From: Escherichia coli
GTDB taxonomy: Bacteria; Pseudomonadota; Gammaproteobacteria; Enterobacterales; Enterobacteriaceae
Length of the DNA: 64,000 bases
Assembly (NCBI RefSeq): GCF_016026235.1
Contig: NZ_CP065613.1
Reading direction: 5' to 3' (one strand)
Positions 10,016 through 20,422 of the stretch are shown here, one piece after another; position 1 is the first letter of the stretch, and each line of letters opens with the position of its first letter. Position numbers and translations under genes: made by a program. Below the pieces are notes generated by a model that saw only the letters and a program-made list of their open reading frames with translations, was not told where the DNA came from and ran no database searches.

Positions 10016-11389
10016 ATGTCTGTACAGCAAATCGACTGGGATCTGGCCCTGATCCAGAAATATAACTATTCCGGGCCACGATACACCTCGTACCCGACCG
10101 CGCTGGAGTTTTCAGAAGACTTCGGCGAACAGGCGTTTTTACAAGCCGTGGCGCGCTATCCTGAGCGTCCATTATCTCTCTACGTACATATCCCGTTCTG
10201 CCATAAGCTTTGTTACTTCTGCGGTTGCAATAAGATTGTTACTCGCCAGCAGCACAAGGCCGATCAGTATCTGGACGCGCTGGAGCAAGAAATCGTCCAT
10301 CGTGCACCGCTGTTCGCCGGGCGTCACGTCAGCCAGCTGCACTGGGGCGGCGGAACGCCGACGTATCTGAATAAAGCGCAAGTCAGCCGCCTGATGAAGC
10401 TGCTGCGCGAAAACTTCCAGTTCAATGCCGATGCGGAGATTTCGATCGAAGTCGATCCGCGGGAAATCGAACTGGATGTACTCGATCATTTACGCGCCGA
10501 AGGCTTTAATCGCCTGAGCATGGGCGTGCAGGACTTCAACAAAGAAGTGCAACGTCTGGTTAACCGCGAGCAGGATGAAGAGTTTATCTTTGCACTGCTT
10601 AACCATGCGCGTGAGATTGGTTTTACCTCCACCAACATCGACCTGATTTACGGCCTGCCGAAACAGACGCCGGAGAGTTTCGCCTTTACCCTGAAACGTG
10701 TGGCGGAGCTGAACCCCGATCGTCTGAGTGTCTTTAACTACGCGCATCTGCCGACCATTTTTGCTGCTCAGCGCAAAATCAAAGATGCTGACCTGCCGAG
10801 TCCGCAGCAAAAACTCGATATCCTGCAGGAAACCATCGCCTTCCTGACGCAATCGGGCTATCAGTTTATCGGTATGGATCACTTTGCCCGTCCTGATGAC
10901 GAGCTGGCGGTGGCCCAGCGTGAAGGCGTGCTGCATCGTAACTTCCAGGGCTACACCACTCAGGGCGATACCGATCTGCTGGGGATGGGCGTTTCCGCCA
11001 TCAGCATGATTGGCGACTGCTACGCGCAGAACCAGAAAGAGTTGAAGCAGTACTATCAGCAAGTGGATGAACAAGGCAATGCGCTGTGGCGTGGTATTGC
11101 GCTAACGCGTGATGACTGTATTCGCCGCGATGTGATTAAGTCGCTCATCTGCAACTTCCGTCTGGATTACGCCCCTATTGAGAAACAGTGGGATTTGCAC
11201 TTCGCTGATTACTTTTCGGAAGATCTCAAGCTGCTCGCCCCGTTAGCAAAAGATGGGCTGGTGGATGTGGATGAGAAGGGAATACAGGTGACGGCGAAAG
11301 GTCGCTTGCTGATCCGCAACATTTGCATGTGCTTTGATACCTATCTGCGCCAGAAAGCGCGGATGCAGCAGTTCTCACGGGTGATTTAA
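10016..11389 (+). CDS. hemN: oxygen-independent coproporphyrinogen III dehydrogenase (radical SAM)
   Basis: 457 aa from MSVQQIDWDL. It has the radical-SAM cluster motif CHKLCYFCGC and an SD (GGAAGGAG) 5 nt upstream. Confidence 0.97.
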   Translation: MSVQQIDWDLALIQKYNYSGPRYTSYPTALEFSEDFGEQAFLQAVARYPERPLSLYVHIPFCHKLCYFCGCNKIVTRQQHKADQYLDALEQEIVHRAPLFAGRHVSQLHWGGGTPTYLNKAQVSRLMKLLRENFQFNADAEISIEVDPREIELDVLDHLRAEGFNRLSMGVQDFNKEVQRLVNREQDEEFIFALLNHAREIGFTSTNIDLIYGLPKQTPESFAFTLKRVAELNPDRLSVFNYAHLPTIFAAQRKIKDADLPSPQQKLDILQETIAFLTQSGYQFIGMDHFARPDDELAVAQREGVLHRNFQGYTTQGDTDLLGMGVSAISMIGDCYAQNQKELKQYYQQVDEQGNALWRGIALTRDDCIRRDVIKSLICNFRLDYAPIEKQWDLHFADYFSEDLKLLAPLAKDGLVDVDEKGIQVTAKGRLLIRNICMCFDTYLRQKARMQQFSRVI

Positions 11390-11456
11390 ATAGTGAATGG
11401 CGCTTCGTTTACAAAGTAGAAAACGAAAGCGCCATCAATGTGCTGAGAACAAGATT

Positions 11457-11547
11457 GCCTGATGCGCTACGCTTATCAGGCCTACAAAACCTGTTGAAAA
11501 TATTGCTTTTGTAGACCGGATAAGGCGTTCACGCCGCATCCGGCATG
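11457..11547. repeat. BIME (two inverted REP units)
   Basis: gcctgatgcgctacgcttatcaggcctac and gtagaccggataaggcgttcacgccgcatccggcatg. Confidence 0.8.
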
Positions 11548-11578
11548 AACAAAGAGCACTTCATCAGCAATTTGAAAC

Positions 11579-11689
11579 TCAACTAAACAGCCCAATCATC
11601 GCGGCACACAGCACGGCAGCAACGGCAGTTTGCGGTGTGTGGCTGTCAACTGCGCCACTCGATACCAGATTAATTATTGATTCCAGCAT
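11579..11689 (-). CDS. yshB: 36-aa small protein YshB
   Basis: The reverse strand reads ATGCTGGAATCAATAATTAATCTGGTATCGAGTGGCGCAGTTGAC...TTTAGTTGA. It is recognised as the small ORF annotated between hemN and glnG in K-12. Confidence 0.6.
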   Translation of the reverse strand: MLESIINLVSSGAVDSHTPQTAVAAVLCAAMIGLFS

Positions 11690-11800
11690 AATGACTCTCC
11701 CCGTTTTCCGGGCAAGATCATACTGAACTTATCGGAACAGTAAAGCGCAAAATACCAGCAATTTGCGCTCAATAATCAATCTTTACACACAAGCCGTGAA

Positions 11801-13210
11801 TCACTCCATCCCTAACTCTTTTAACTTACGCGTCAGAGTGTTGCGGCCCCAGCCGAGTAGCCGCGCCGCTTCCTGTTTATGCCCCTGCGTATGTCGCAAC
11901 GCGGTCGTCAGTAACGTCCGCTCCAGCTCTGGCTGCGCTTCGGAAAGCAGATTTTGATGACCGGAACGTAGCGCCCGATCTGCCCACTGTGCTAACAGCG
12001 TTGCCCAACTGTCCGGTTGCATTTGCGAAGTACTCTCCGCAACCGTTGATTCAAACAGTTCACCGGGCAAATCCTGAATCAACACTTCCTGCCCGGCGGC
12101 CATCACTGTTAGCCAGCGACAGGTGTTTTCCAGCTGGCGTACGTTACCCGGCCACGCCAGACGCGTCAGAGCAGCTTCGGTTTCCGGATGCAGCAACTTC
12201 GCTTCTACGCCCAGTTCGCGCGCAGCAACCTGTAAAAAATGGCGTGCCAGGCGGGGAATATCTTCCCGACGCTCACGCAGTGGCGGCAGATGAACGCGGA
12301 TAACGTTCAGGCGGTGGAACAGATCCTCACGGAACTTACCTTCCTGCACCCGCTGTTCGAGATTCTGGTGAGTGGCAGCGATAATCCGCACATCCACTTT
12401 CACCGGCGCATAGCCGCCAACGCGGTAAAACTGACCGTCTGCCAGCACGCGCAGCAAACGCGTCTGCACATCCAGCGGCATATCGCCAATTTCATCGAGA
12501 AATAATGTACCGCCATCAGCCTGTTCAAAACGCCCCTGACGAATGGTATTCGCGCCGGTAAACGCGCCTTTCTCGTGACCAAACAGTTCTGATTCGATCA
12601 AATCTTTTGGGATAGCTGCCATATTCAGCGCGATAAACGGCGCTTTGGCTCGCGGACTGTGGCGATGCAGGGCATGAGCGACCAGTTCTTTACCGGTACC
12701 GGATTCGCCGTTAATCAGCACGCTAATAGAAGAACGCGAAAGCCGACCGATAATACGGAACACGTCCTGCATGGCTGGCGCTTCGCCGATGATATCGGTC
12801 GTTGGGCCGTTAAGCTGAACATTACGCGGCTGCTGCTGTTCCTGGTAATGACTGATGGCGCGCTCAACCAGCGCCACGGCTTCGTCGATATCAAACGGTT
12901 TGGGCAGATAATCGAACGCCCCTTGTTGATAGGCGCTGACGGCAGCATCCAGATCGGAATGTGCAGTCATAATGATGACCGGAAGCATCGGATGGCGCTG
13001 TTTAATCTGCTTGAGCAGCGCCAGCCCGTCCATTCCCGGCATACGGATATCTGAAAGCAGCACATCCGGCGTTTTGCTCGCCAGCGCCTCCAGTACCTCC
13101 GCGCCGTTCTCAAATGTCGTACAGGTTAAACCCGCTCCAGCGAGCGCACGTTCAAGCACCCAACGGATGGAACTATCGTCATCGACTACCCAGACTATCC
13201 CTCGTTGCAT
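11801..13210 (-). CDS. glnG: nitrogen regulation response regulator NtrC (sigma54 enhancer-binding protein)
   Basis: 469 aa from [12 protein letters not shown]. It has a receiver domain, AAA+ Walker A GESGTGKE, the sigma54-contact loop GAFTGA, and a C-terminal HTH. The ORF-track start at 13270 is an extension into glnL. Confidence 0.97.
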   Translation of the reverse strand: MQRGIVWVVDDDSSIRWVLERALAGAGLTCTTFENGAEVLEALASKTPDVLLSDIRMPGMDGLALLKQIKQRHPMLPVIIMTAHSDLDAAVSAYQQGAFDYLPKPFDIDEAVALVERAISHYQEQQQPRNVQLNGPTTDIIGEAPAMQDVFRIIGRLSRSSISVLINGESGTGKELVAHALHRHSPRAKAPFIALNMAAIPKDLIESELFGHEKGAFTGANTIRQGRFEQADGGTLFLDEIGDMPLDVQTRLLRVLADGQFYRVGGYAPVKVDVRIIAATHQNLEQRVQEGKFREDLFHRLNVIRVHLPPLRERREDIPRLARHFLQVAARELGVEAKLLHPETEAALTRLAWPGNVRQLENTCRWLTVMAAGQEVLIQDLPGELFESTVAESTSQMQPDSWATLLAQWADRALRSGHQNLLSEAQPELERTLLTTALRHTQGHKQEAARLLGWGRNTLTRKLKELGME

Positions 13211-13221
13211 AAACGTCACCT

Positions 13222-14271
13222 TTATTTCCTGATAGGCAGGTAAACCGAGAACTCGGTATGCCCTGGCCAACTGGTAAATTCAATTTTGCCTGAATGCTGA
13301 TCAATCAAATTACGAGCGATGGATAAGCCAAGCCCGGTGCCACCTTCGCGGCCGCTGACCATCGGGTAAAACAGCGTATCCTGCAAATGAGGCGGAATGC
13401 CTGGCCCGTTATCTTCCACATCAATCCGCGCCGCCAGCCGGTAGCGCTCGCCGTGTAAGGTCAGTTGAAACGCGGTGCGGGTACGCAGAATGATTTCACC
13501 ACCCTCCGGCCCCAGCGCCTGTAGCGCATTGCGCACAATATTCAGCAAGACCTGTTCAATTTGATCCGGGTCGTGCGCCAGTTCCGGCAGGCTGGGATCG
13601 TAATCACGAATCAACCGCACGTTGTCCGGCAGTTCCATCGACACCAGCGTTACCACGCGTTCAGCTACTTTGTGAATACTTTCGGTCACGCGCGTACCGG
13701 GCAGCTGCGGCCCCAACAGACGGTCGACCAGATTTCGCAGCCGGTCCGCCTGTTCGATAATCACTTTGGTATATTCCAGTAGTGACGGGTCAGGTAATGC
13801 TTTGCTGAGTAGCTGCGCCGCGCCACGTAAACCGCCAAGCGGATTTTTAATCTCATGTGCCAGGCCGCGCACTAAATCACGGGCAGCAACTTGTTGAGCA
13901 TGTTGTAGCTGTTCCTGGCTTAAGCGGCGCTGGTTATCCATCGGCGCCATCTCCAGCAGGATCATGCCGTCCGGCATACGCTGGGCCGTCACAGAAAGGA
14001 TATGCGAGCGCCCGTCGATGACCAGCGTCACTTCGTTATCGGTAAAACCTTGCCCCGCCTCCAGACTTTCTTGCATCAGCTCGATATTTAATGAGAAGTA
14101 GCTCAACAGTTCCGGTAACGGTGTACCAAACAATTTGCGGGAGCTTTGGGCTAACAGTTGTTGCGCGGCGGGGTTGGCGTAATGGATCGCCAGGTTGTCA
14201 TCGATTAACAAAATACTGTTAATCAGCGAGTTGAGGATCTGCCCAGCATCGGGCTGCGTGCCTGTTGCCAT
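13222..14271 (-). CDS. glnL: nitrogen regulation sensor kinase/phosphatase NtrB
   Basis: 349 aa with H-box [11 protein letters not shown] boxes DNGPGI and GGTGLGLS, and an N-terminal PAS domain. Confidence 0.97.
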
Positions 14272-14292
14272 AAAGCAGTCTCCTGAACAGGT

Positions 14293-14309
14293 TGCACCAT
14301 TTTAGTGCA
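14293..14309. promoter_or_regulatory. NtrC-type dyad at the glnL promoter
   Basis: TGCACCATTTTAGTGCA (TGCAC-N7-GTGCA dyad) lies 22 nt upstream of the glnL ATG. It matches the NtrC site architecture also seen upstream of glnA. Confidence 0.6.
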
Positions 14310-14357
14310 TTATAGCTTTTTACGGATAAAAAGCGCGAAGCATCAGAGAATTGACGG

Positions 14358-14385
14358 AGAAAAAAGCCCATGCAGAGATGGGCTG
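14358..14385 (-). terminator. glnA terminator (3' end of the glnA 3'UTR, region reported to yield the GlnZ sRNA)
   Basis: The minus strand has cagcccatctctgcatgggct followed by TTTTTT, about 60 nt after the glnA stop. Confidence 0.75.
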
Positions 14386-14444
14386 AAAGTTTCCACGGCA
14401 ACTAAATCCCGGCGTTGTTGCGCCGGGTAGTACAACTTCAACTA

Positions 14445-15854
14445 TTAGACGCTGTAGTACAGCTCAAACTCTACCGGATGCGGAGTCATACGCACGCGGT
14501 CATCTTCTTCGCGACGCAGAGCGATGTACGCATCGATCGCTTCATCCGTGAACACGCCACCGGCTTTCAGGAACTCGCGGTCCAGATCCAGCTCGTTCAG
14601 TGCTTCTTCCAGAGAGCCTGCAACTTGTGGGATCTCTTTCGCTTCTTCTGGCGGCAGGTCATACAGGTTTTTGTCCATGGCTTCGCCCGGATGGATCTTG
14701 TTCTTGATACCATCAAGACCGGCCATCAGCAGGGCAGCAAAGCACAGGTACGGGTTCGCCGCCGGATCCGGGAAACGTACTTCGATACGACGTGCTTTCG
14801 GAGAAGAAACCACCGGAATACGGATAGACGCAGAACGGTTGCGTGCAGAGTAAGCCAGCATTACCGGTGCTTCGTAGCCCGGGACCAGACGCTTATAAGA
14901 GTTGGTGGTCGGGTTTGCCAGGGCGTTAATCGCTTTAGCGTGTTTGATTACGCCGCCAATGTAGTACAGCGCCTGCTCAGACAGACCTGCGTATTTGTCG
15001 CCCGCGAACAGGTTAACGCCGTTTTTAGACAGCGACATGTGGCAGTGCATACCGGAGCCGTTATCACCGAACATCGGTTTTGGCATAAAGGTCGCAGTTT
15101 TACCGAAGCGGTGCGCTACGTTGTGCACAACATATTTGTAGATCTGAATTTCGTCAGCTTTTTTGGTCATGGTATTGAAGCGGGTAGCCACTTCGTTCTG
15201 ACCAGCAGTCGCTACTTCGTGGTGATGGGCTTCAACCACCAGACCCATCTGTTCCATCACCAGACACATTTCAGAACGAATATCCTGAGCCGAGTCTACC
15301 GGTGGAACCGGGAAGTAACCGCCTTTCACTGCCGGACGGTGACCTTTGTTACCACCTTCATATTGGGTGGAGGAGTTCCATGCGCCTTCGATATCGTCGA
15401 TAGCAACGTGGGAACCGGAGATAGATGATCCGAAACGGATGTCATCGAACAGGAAGAATTCAGGTTCTGGCCCGAACAGTACGGTGTCGGCAATGCCAGT
15501 GGAACGCAGGTAATCTTCGGCGCGCTTCGCAATAGAGCGCGGGTCACGGTCATAGCCTTGCAGGGTGCCAGGTTCAAGGATGTCGCAACGGATAATCAGG
15601 GTGGAGTCGGCGAAGAACGGGTCAATCACTGCGGTGGATGCGTCTGGCATCAGCACCATGTCGGATTCGTTAATGCCTTTCCAGCCGCCAATCGAGGAGC
15701 CGTCAAACATTTTGCCTTCTTCGAAGAATTCAGCATTCACCTGATGAGCAGGGATAGTGACGTGCTGTTCTTTACCTTTGGTATCGGTGAAGCGCAAATC
15801 AACAAACTTCACTTCGTGCTCGTTCAGCATCGTCAGTACGTGTTCAGCGGACAT
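14445..15854 (-). CDS. glnA: glutamine synthetase
   Basis: 469 aa, [24 protein letters not shown]..., with the adenylylation-site context NLYDLPPEE. Confidence 0.99.
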
Positions 15855-15937
15855 ACTTTAACTCTCCTGGATTGGTCATGGTCGTCGTGGTAACGAAATC
15901 TGCAATTATTTTGGCCGTGTCGCCGTAAAAAAGATAA

Positions 15938-15954
15938 AGCGAAATCTGTGCCAA
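15938..15954 (-). promoter_or_regulatory. glnAp2 sigma54 promoter (-24/-12)
   Basis: The minus strand reads TTGGCACAGATTTCGCT (GG-N10-GC), the classical glnAp2 element. Confidence 0.9.
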
Positions 15955-16026
15955 CTTTTAAATTGCCCCTAAAAGGCGTTATCATGCTTAACATCGTGCA
16001 AAAGGGCTGCACCATGATGTGAATGT

Positions 16027-16075
16027 TGCACCAATATAGTGCTTCAATGGAAACATTAAGCACCATATTGGTGCA
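16027..16075. promoter_or_regulatory. NtrC enhancer sites upstream of glnAp2
   Basis: Two dyads, TGCACCAATATAGTGC and GCACCATATTGGTGCA, are centred about 32 bp apart, roughly 110 and 140 bp upstream of the sigma54 promoter. Confidence 0.8.
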
Positions 16076-16226
16076 ATGACCTTTGGATAACCCTTTTTAT
16101 GCTCCGTGAAAGCGATCACAAAGGGACTCTGCAATACTTGTTTGCGGAGGATGTTTGTGATCCTGTTTTGTAGTGCGATTAATCCGTGTACAATAACGCG
16201 CTATTTCTAATGCCTGAGGCAAAGTT

Positions 16227-18050
16227 GTGATCGAAAAATTGCGTAATATCGCCATCATCGCGCACGTAGACCATGGTAAAACCACCCTGGTAGACAAGCT
16301 GCTCCAACAATCCGGTACGTTCGACTCTCGTGCCGAAACCCAAGAGCGCGTGATGGACTCCAACGATTTGGAGAAAGAGCGTGGGATTACCATCCTCGCG
16401 AAAAACACCGCTATCAAATGGAATGATTACCGTATCAACATCGTTGATACCCCGGGGCACGCCGACTTCGGTGGTGAAGTTGAACGTGTAATGTCCATGG
16501 TAGACTCAGTGCTGCTGGTGGTTGACGCATTTGACGGCCCGATGCCGCAAACGCGCTTCGTAACCAAAAAAGCGTTTGCTTACGGCCTGAAGCCGATTGT
16601 TGTTATCAACAAAGTTGACCGCCCTGGCGCGCGTCCTGATTGGGTTGTGGATCAGGTATTCGACCTGTTCGTTAACCTCGACGCGACCGACGAGCAGCTG
16701 GACTTCCCGATCGTTTACGCTTCTGCGCTGAACGGTATCGCGGGTCTGGACCACGAAGATATGGCGGAAGACATGACCCCGCTGTATCAGGCGATTGTTG
16801 ACCACGTTCCTGCGCCGGACGTTGACCTTGACGGTCCGTTCCAGATGCAGATTTCTCAGCTCGATTACAACAGCTATGTTGGCGTTATCGGCATTGGCCG
16901 CATCAAGCGCGGTAAAGTGAAGCCGAACCAGCAGGTTACTATCATCGATAGCGAAGGCAAAACCCGCAACGCGAAAGTCGGTAAAGTGCTGGGCCACCTC
17001 GGTCTGGAACGTATCGAAACCGATCTGGCGGAAGCTGGCGATATCGTGGCGATCACGGGTCTTGGCGAACTGAACATTTCTGACACCGTTTGCGACACGC
17101 AAAACGTTGAAGCGCTGCCGGCACTCTCCGTTGATGAGCCGACCGTTTCTATGTTCTTCTGCGTTAACACCTCGCCGTTCTGCGGTAAAGAAGGTAAGTT
17201 CGTAACGTCTCGTCAGATCCTGGATCGTCTGAACAAAGAACTGGTACACAACGTTGCGCTGCGCGTAGAAGAAACCGAAGACGCCGATGCGTTCCGCGTT
17301 TCTGGTCGTGGCGAACTGCACCTGTCTGTTCTGATCGAAAACATGCGTCGTGAAGGTTTCGAACTGGCGGTATCCCGTCCGAAAGTTATCTTCCGTGAAA
17401 TCGACGGTCGTAAACAAGAGCCGTATGAAAACGTGACTCTGGACGTTGAAGAACAGCATCAGGGTTCTGTAATGCAGGCGCTGGGCGAACGTAAAGGCGA
17501 CCTGAAAAACATGAATCCAGACGGTAAAGGCCGCGTACGTCTCGACTACGTGATCCCAAGCCGTGGTCTGATTGGCTTCCGTTCTGAGTTCATGACCATG
17601 ACTTCCGGTACTGGTCTGCTGTACTCCACCTTCAGCCACTACGACGACGTACGTCCGGGCGAAGTGGGTCAGCGTCAGAACGGTGTACTGATCTCTAACG
17701 GTCAGGGTAAAGCGGTCGCGTTCGCGCTGTTCGGTCTGCAGGATCGCGGTAAGCTGTTCCTCGGTCACGGTGCAGAAGTTTACGAAGGTCAGATTATCGG
17801 TATTCACAGCCGCTCTAACGACCTGACTGTAAACTGTCTGACCGGTAAGAAACTGACCAACATGCGTGCTTCCGGTACTGACGAAGCCGTTGTTCTGGTT
17901 CCGCCTATCCGCATGACTCTGGAACAAGCTCTGGAGTTCATCGATGATGACGAACTGGTAGAAGTAACTCCGACCTCTATCCGTATTCGTAAACGTCACC
18001 TGACGGAAAACGATCGTCGTCGCGCCAACCGCGCACCGAAAGACGATTAA
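16227..18050 (+). CDS. typA: ribosome-associated translational GTPase TypA/BipA
   Basis: 607 aa with a GTG start. G1 is [10 protein letters not shown]3 is DTPGH and G4 is NKVD, in an EF-G-like domain order. Confidence 0.97.
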   Translation: MIEKLRNIAIIAHVDHGKTTLVDKLLQQSGTFDSRAETQERVMDSNDLEKERGITILAKNTAIKWNDYRINIVDTPGHADFGGEVERVMSMVDSVLLVVDAFDGPMPQTRFVTKKAFAYGLKPIVVINKVDRPGARPDWVVDQVFDLFVNLDATDEQLDFPIVYASALNGIAGLDHEDMAEDMTPLYQAIVDHVPAPDVDLDGPFQMQISQLDYNSYVGVIGIGRIKRGKVKPNQQVTIIDSEGKTRNAKVGKVLGHLGLERIETDLAEAGDIVAITGLGELNISDTVCDTQNVEALPALSVDEPTVSMFFCVNTSPFCGKEGKFVTSRQILDRLNKELVHNVALRVEETEDADAFRVSGRGELHLSVLIENMRREGFELAVSRPKVIFREIDGRKQEPYENVTLDVEEQHQGSVMQALGERKGDLKNMNPDGKGRVRLDYVIPSRGLIGFRSEFMTMTSGTGLLYSTFSHYDDVRPGEVGQRQNGVLISNGQGKAVAFALFGLQDRGKLFLGHGAEVYEGQIIGIHSRSNDLTVNCLTGKKLTNMRASGTDEAVVLVPPIRMTLEQALEFIDDDELVEVTPTSIRIRKRHLTENDRRRANRAPKDD

Positions 18051-18076
18051 TTTCGTTTTTTAGTCATAAAAAACCT

Positions 18077-18088
18077 GCCAGCGATGGC
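18077..18088. repeat. left copy of the 12-bp IS4 target-site duplication
   Basis: gccagcgatggc abuts the IS4 left inverted repeat. An identical copy is at 19515-19526. Confidence 0.9.
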
Positions 18089-19514
18089 TAATGCCGATCA
18101 GTTAAGGATCAGTTGACCGATCCAGTGGCTGTGTAAGAATCCGGAAACGCTCACTTGTTTCCGGATTTTTTTATGCACATTGGACAGGCTCTTGATCTGG
18201 TATCCCGTTACGATTCTCTGCGTAACCCACTGACTTCTCTGGGGGATTACCTCGACCCCGAACTCATCTCTCGTTGCCTTGCCGAATCAGGTACTGTAAC
18301 GCTACGCAAGCGCCGTCTTCCCCTCGAAATGATGGTCTGGTGTATTGTTGGCATGGCGCTTGAGCGTAAAGAACCTCTTCACCAGATTGTGAATCGCCTG
18401 GACATCATGCTGCCGGGCAATCGCCCCTTCGTTGCCCCCAGTGCCGTTATTCAGGCCCGCCAGCGCCTGGGAAGTGAGGCTGTCCGCCGCGTGTTCACGA
18501 AAACAGTGCAGCTCTGGCATAACGCCACGCCGCATCCGCACTGGTGCGGCCTGACCCTGCTGGCCATCGATGGTGTGTTCTGGCGCACACCGGATACACC
18601 AGAGAACGATGCAGCCTTCCCCCGCCAGACACATGCCGGGAACCCGGCGCTCTACCCGCAGGTCAAAATGGTCTGCCAGATGGAACTGACCAGCCATCTG
18701 CTGACGGCTGCAGCCTTCGGCACGATGAAGAACAGCGAAAATGAGCTTGCTGAGCAACTTATAGAACAAACCGGCGATAACACTCTGACGTTAATGGATA
18801 AAGGTTATTACTCACTGGGACTGTTAAATGCCTGGAGCCTGGCGGGAGAACACCGCCACTGGATGATACCTCTCAGAAAGGGAGCGCAATATGAAGAGCT
18901 CAGAAAACTGGGTAAAGGCGATCATCTGGTGAAGCTGAAAACCAGCCCGCAGGCACGAAAAAAGTGGCCGGGACTGGGAAATGAAGTGACAGCCCGCCTG
19001 CTGACCGTGACGCGCAAAGGAAAAGTCTGCCATCTGCTGACGTCGATGACGGACGCCATGCGCTTCCCCGGAGGAGAAATGGCGGATCTGTACAGTCATC
19101 GCTGGGAAATCGAACTGGGATACAGGGAGATAAAACAGACGATGCAACTGAGCAGGCTGACGCTGAGAAGTAAAAAGCCGGAGCTTGTGGAGCAAGAGCT
19201 GTGGGGTGTCTTACTGGCTTATAATCTGGTGAGATATCAGATGATTAAAATGGCGGAACATCTGAAAGGTTACTGGCCGAATCAACTGAGTTTCTCAGAA
19301 TCATGCGGAATGGTGATGAGAATGCTGATGACATTGCAGGGCGCTTCACCGGGACGTATACCGGAGCTGATGCGCGATTTTGCAAGTATGGGACAACTTG
19401 TGAAATTACCGACGAGAAGGGGAAGGGCCTTCCCGAGAGTGGTAAAGGAGAGGCCCTGGAAATACCCCACAGCCCCGAAAAAGAGCCAGTCAGTTGCTTA
19501 ACTGACTGGCATTA
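18089..19514 (+). mobile_element. insertion sequence IS4 (complete, 1426 bp)
   Basis: Terminal inverted repeats are TAATGCCGATCAGTTAAG and (reverse complement) TAATGCCAGTCAGTTAAG, matching at 16 of 18 positions. The 1426-bp length and 12-bp TSD match IS4, and it has a single DDE transposase ORF. Confidence 0.95.
18173..19501 (+). CDS. insG: IS4 transposase (InsG)
   Basis: 442 aa from [16 protein letters not shown]. It has the IS4-family YREK signature ([15 protein letters not shown]) and DDE context (LLAIDG, LMDKGY). Confidence 0.95.
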   Translation: MHIGQALDLVSRYDSLRNPLTSLGDYLDPELISRCLAESGTVTLRKRRLPLEMMVWCIVGMALERKEPLHQIVNRLDIMLPGNRPFVAPSAVIQARQRLGSEAVRRVFTKTVQLWHNATPHPHWCGLTLLAIDGVFWRTPDTPENDAAFPRQTHAGNPALYPQVKMVCQMELTSHLLTAAAFGTMKNSENELAEQLIEQTGDNTLTLMDKGYYSLGLLNAWSLAGEHRHWMIPLRKGAQYEELRKLGKGDHLVKLKTSPQARKKWPGLGNEVTARLLTVTRKGKVCHLLTSMTDAMRFPGGEMADLYSHRWEIELGYREIKQTMQLSRLTLRSKKPELVEQELWGVLLAYNLVRYQMIKMAEHLKGYWPNQLSFSESCGMVMRMLMTLQGASPGRIPELMRDFASMGQLVKLPTRRGRAFPRVVKERPWKYPTAPKKSQSVA

Positions 19515-19526
19515 GCCAGCGATGGC
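19515..19526. repeat. right copy of the 12-bp IS4 target-site duplication
   Basis: gccagcgatggc is followed by aggttttttttt, the distal half of the original typA terminator. Confidence 0.9.
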
Positions 19527-19679
19527 AGGTTTTTTTTTGCCTGTCGTGAGCGCACACCAATGCGAGTATCTCCCTTATAAGTCTGTGGTTACGTCAATAG
19601 AGAGCTTTGTCACAATTATCTGCAAAGTCATACGCCGTTAATTGCTTTCTTTTTTGGCGTAAGCGTAAGATGCTTCATC

Positions 19680-19691
19680 TGGTTTAAACCA
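19680..19691. promoter_or_regulatory. perfect 12-bp palindrome, candidate GntR-type (YihL) operator
   Basis: TGGTTTAAACCA contains the GT-N-AC core typical of GntR-family operators. It lies 14 nt upstream of the yihL ATG. Confidence 0.35.
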
Positions 19692-19704
19692 AAAGGATTA
19701 AACA

Positions 19705-20415
19705 ATGGCGGAGAATCAATCCACCGTAGAAAATGCAAAAGAGAAACTGGATCGGTGGTTGAAAGATGGCATCACCACACCGGGTGGAAAACTCCCTTCA
19801 GAAAGAGAGCTGGGAGAACTGCTGGGCATTAAACGTATGACGCTGCGCCAGGCGTTGTTGAACCTCGAGGCAGAATCCAAAATCTTCCGTAAGGATCGTA
19901 AAGGGTGGTTCGTGACCCAGCCGCGATTTAATTACAGTCCAGAGCTGTCGGCGAGCTTTCAGCGGGCTGCAATTGAGCAAGGGCGGGAACCTTCCTGGGG
20001 GTTTACCGAGAAAAGCCGTACCAGCGATATTCCCGAGACGCTCGCGCCACTGATTGCAGTGACACCATCAACTGAACTCTATCGCATCACCGGCTGGGGG
20101 GCGCTGGAAGGACATAAAGTTTTCTATCACGAAACATATATTAATCCTGAAGTTGCTCCGGGTTTTATTGAACAACTTGAAAACCACTCATTTTCTGCAG
20201 TCTGGGAAAAGTGCTACCAAAAAGAGACGGTAGTAAAAAAATTGATTTTCAAACCCGTCAGAATGCCGGGCGATATCAGCAAGTATCTTGGCGGTTCTGC
20301 GGGTATGCCAGCGATCTTAATTGAAAAGCATCGCGCCGACCAGCAAGGCAATATTGTCCAGATAGATATTGAATATTGGCGATTTGAGGCCGTAGACCTC
20401 ATCATTAATCTGTAG
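19705..20415 (+). CDS. yihL: GntR/HutC-family transcriptional regulator YihL
   Basis: 236 aa with an N-terminal winged HTH (LPSERELGELLGIKRMTLRQAL) and a C-terminal UTRA-like effector domain. Confidence 0.9.
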   Translation: MAENQSTVENAKEKLDRWLKDGITTPGGKLPSERELGELLGIKRMTLRQALLNLEAESKIFRKDRKGWFVTQPRFNYSPELSASFQRAAIEQGREPSWGFTEKSRTSDIPETLAPLIAVTPSTELYRITGWGALEGHKVFYHETYINPEVAPGFIEQLENHSFSAVWEKCYQKETVVKKLIFKPVRMPGDISKYLGGSAGMPAILIEKHRADQQGNIVQIDIEYWRFEAVDLIINL

Positions 20416-20422
20416 GTGTTTT

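Noticed and set aside
13211-13270. 20-codon upstream extension of glnG overlapping the end of glnL.
   Set aside because: The canonical NtrC N-terminus [12 protein letters not shown] starts at 13210, 11 nt after the glnL stop. The extension is just open frame inside glnL.
14415-15428. 337-aa ORF on the plus strand, antisense to glnA.
   Set aside because: It lies entirely inside the well-supported glnA gene. Its Arg/Val/Phe-rich low-complexity translation is typical of shadow frames of highly expressed genes, and it has no SD.
16506-17999. 497-aa ORF antisense to typA.
   Set aside because: It is a mirror-frame artefact of typA codon bias. The translation lacks any recognisable motif and fully overlaps a conserved GTPase gene.
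18155-18172. Six-codon N-terminal extension (MFPDFF) of the IS4 transposase in the ORF track.
   Set aside because: It starts at a TTG inside the IS4 leader. The ATG at 18173 gives the 442-aa InsG I recognise.
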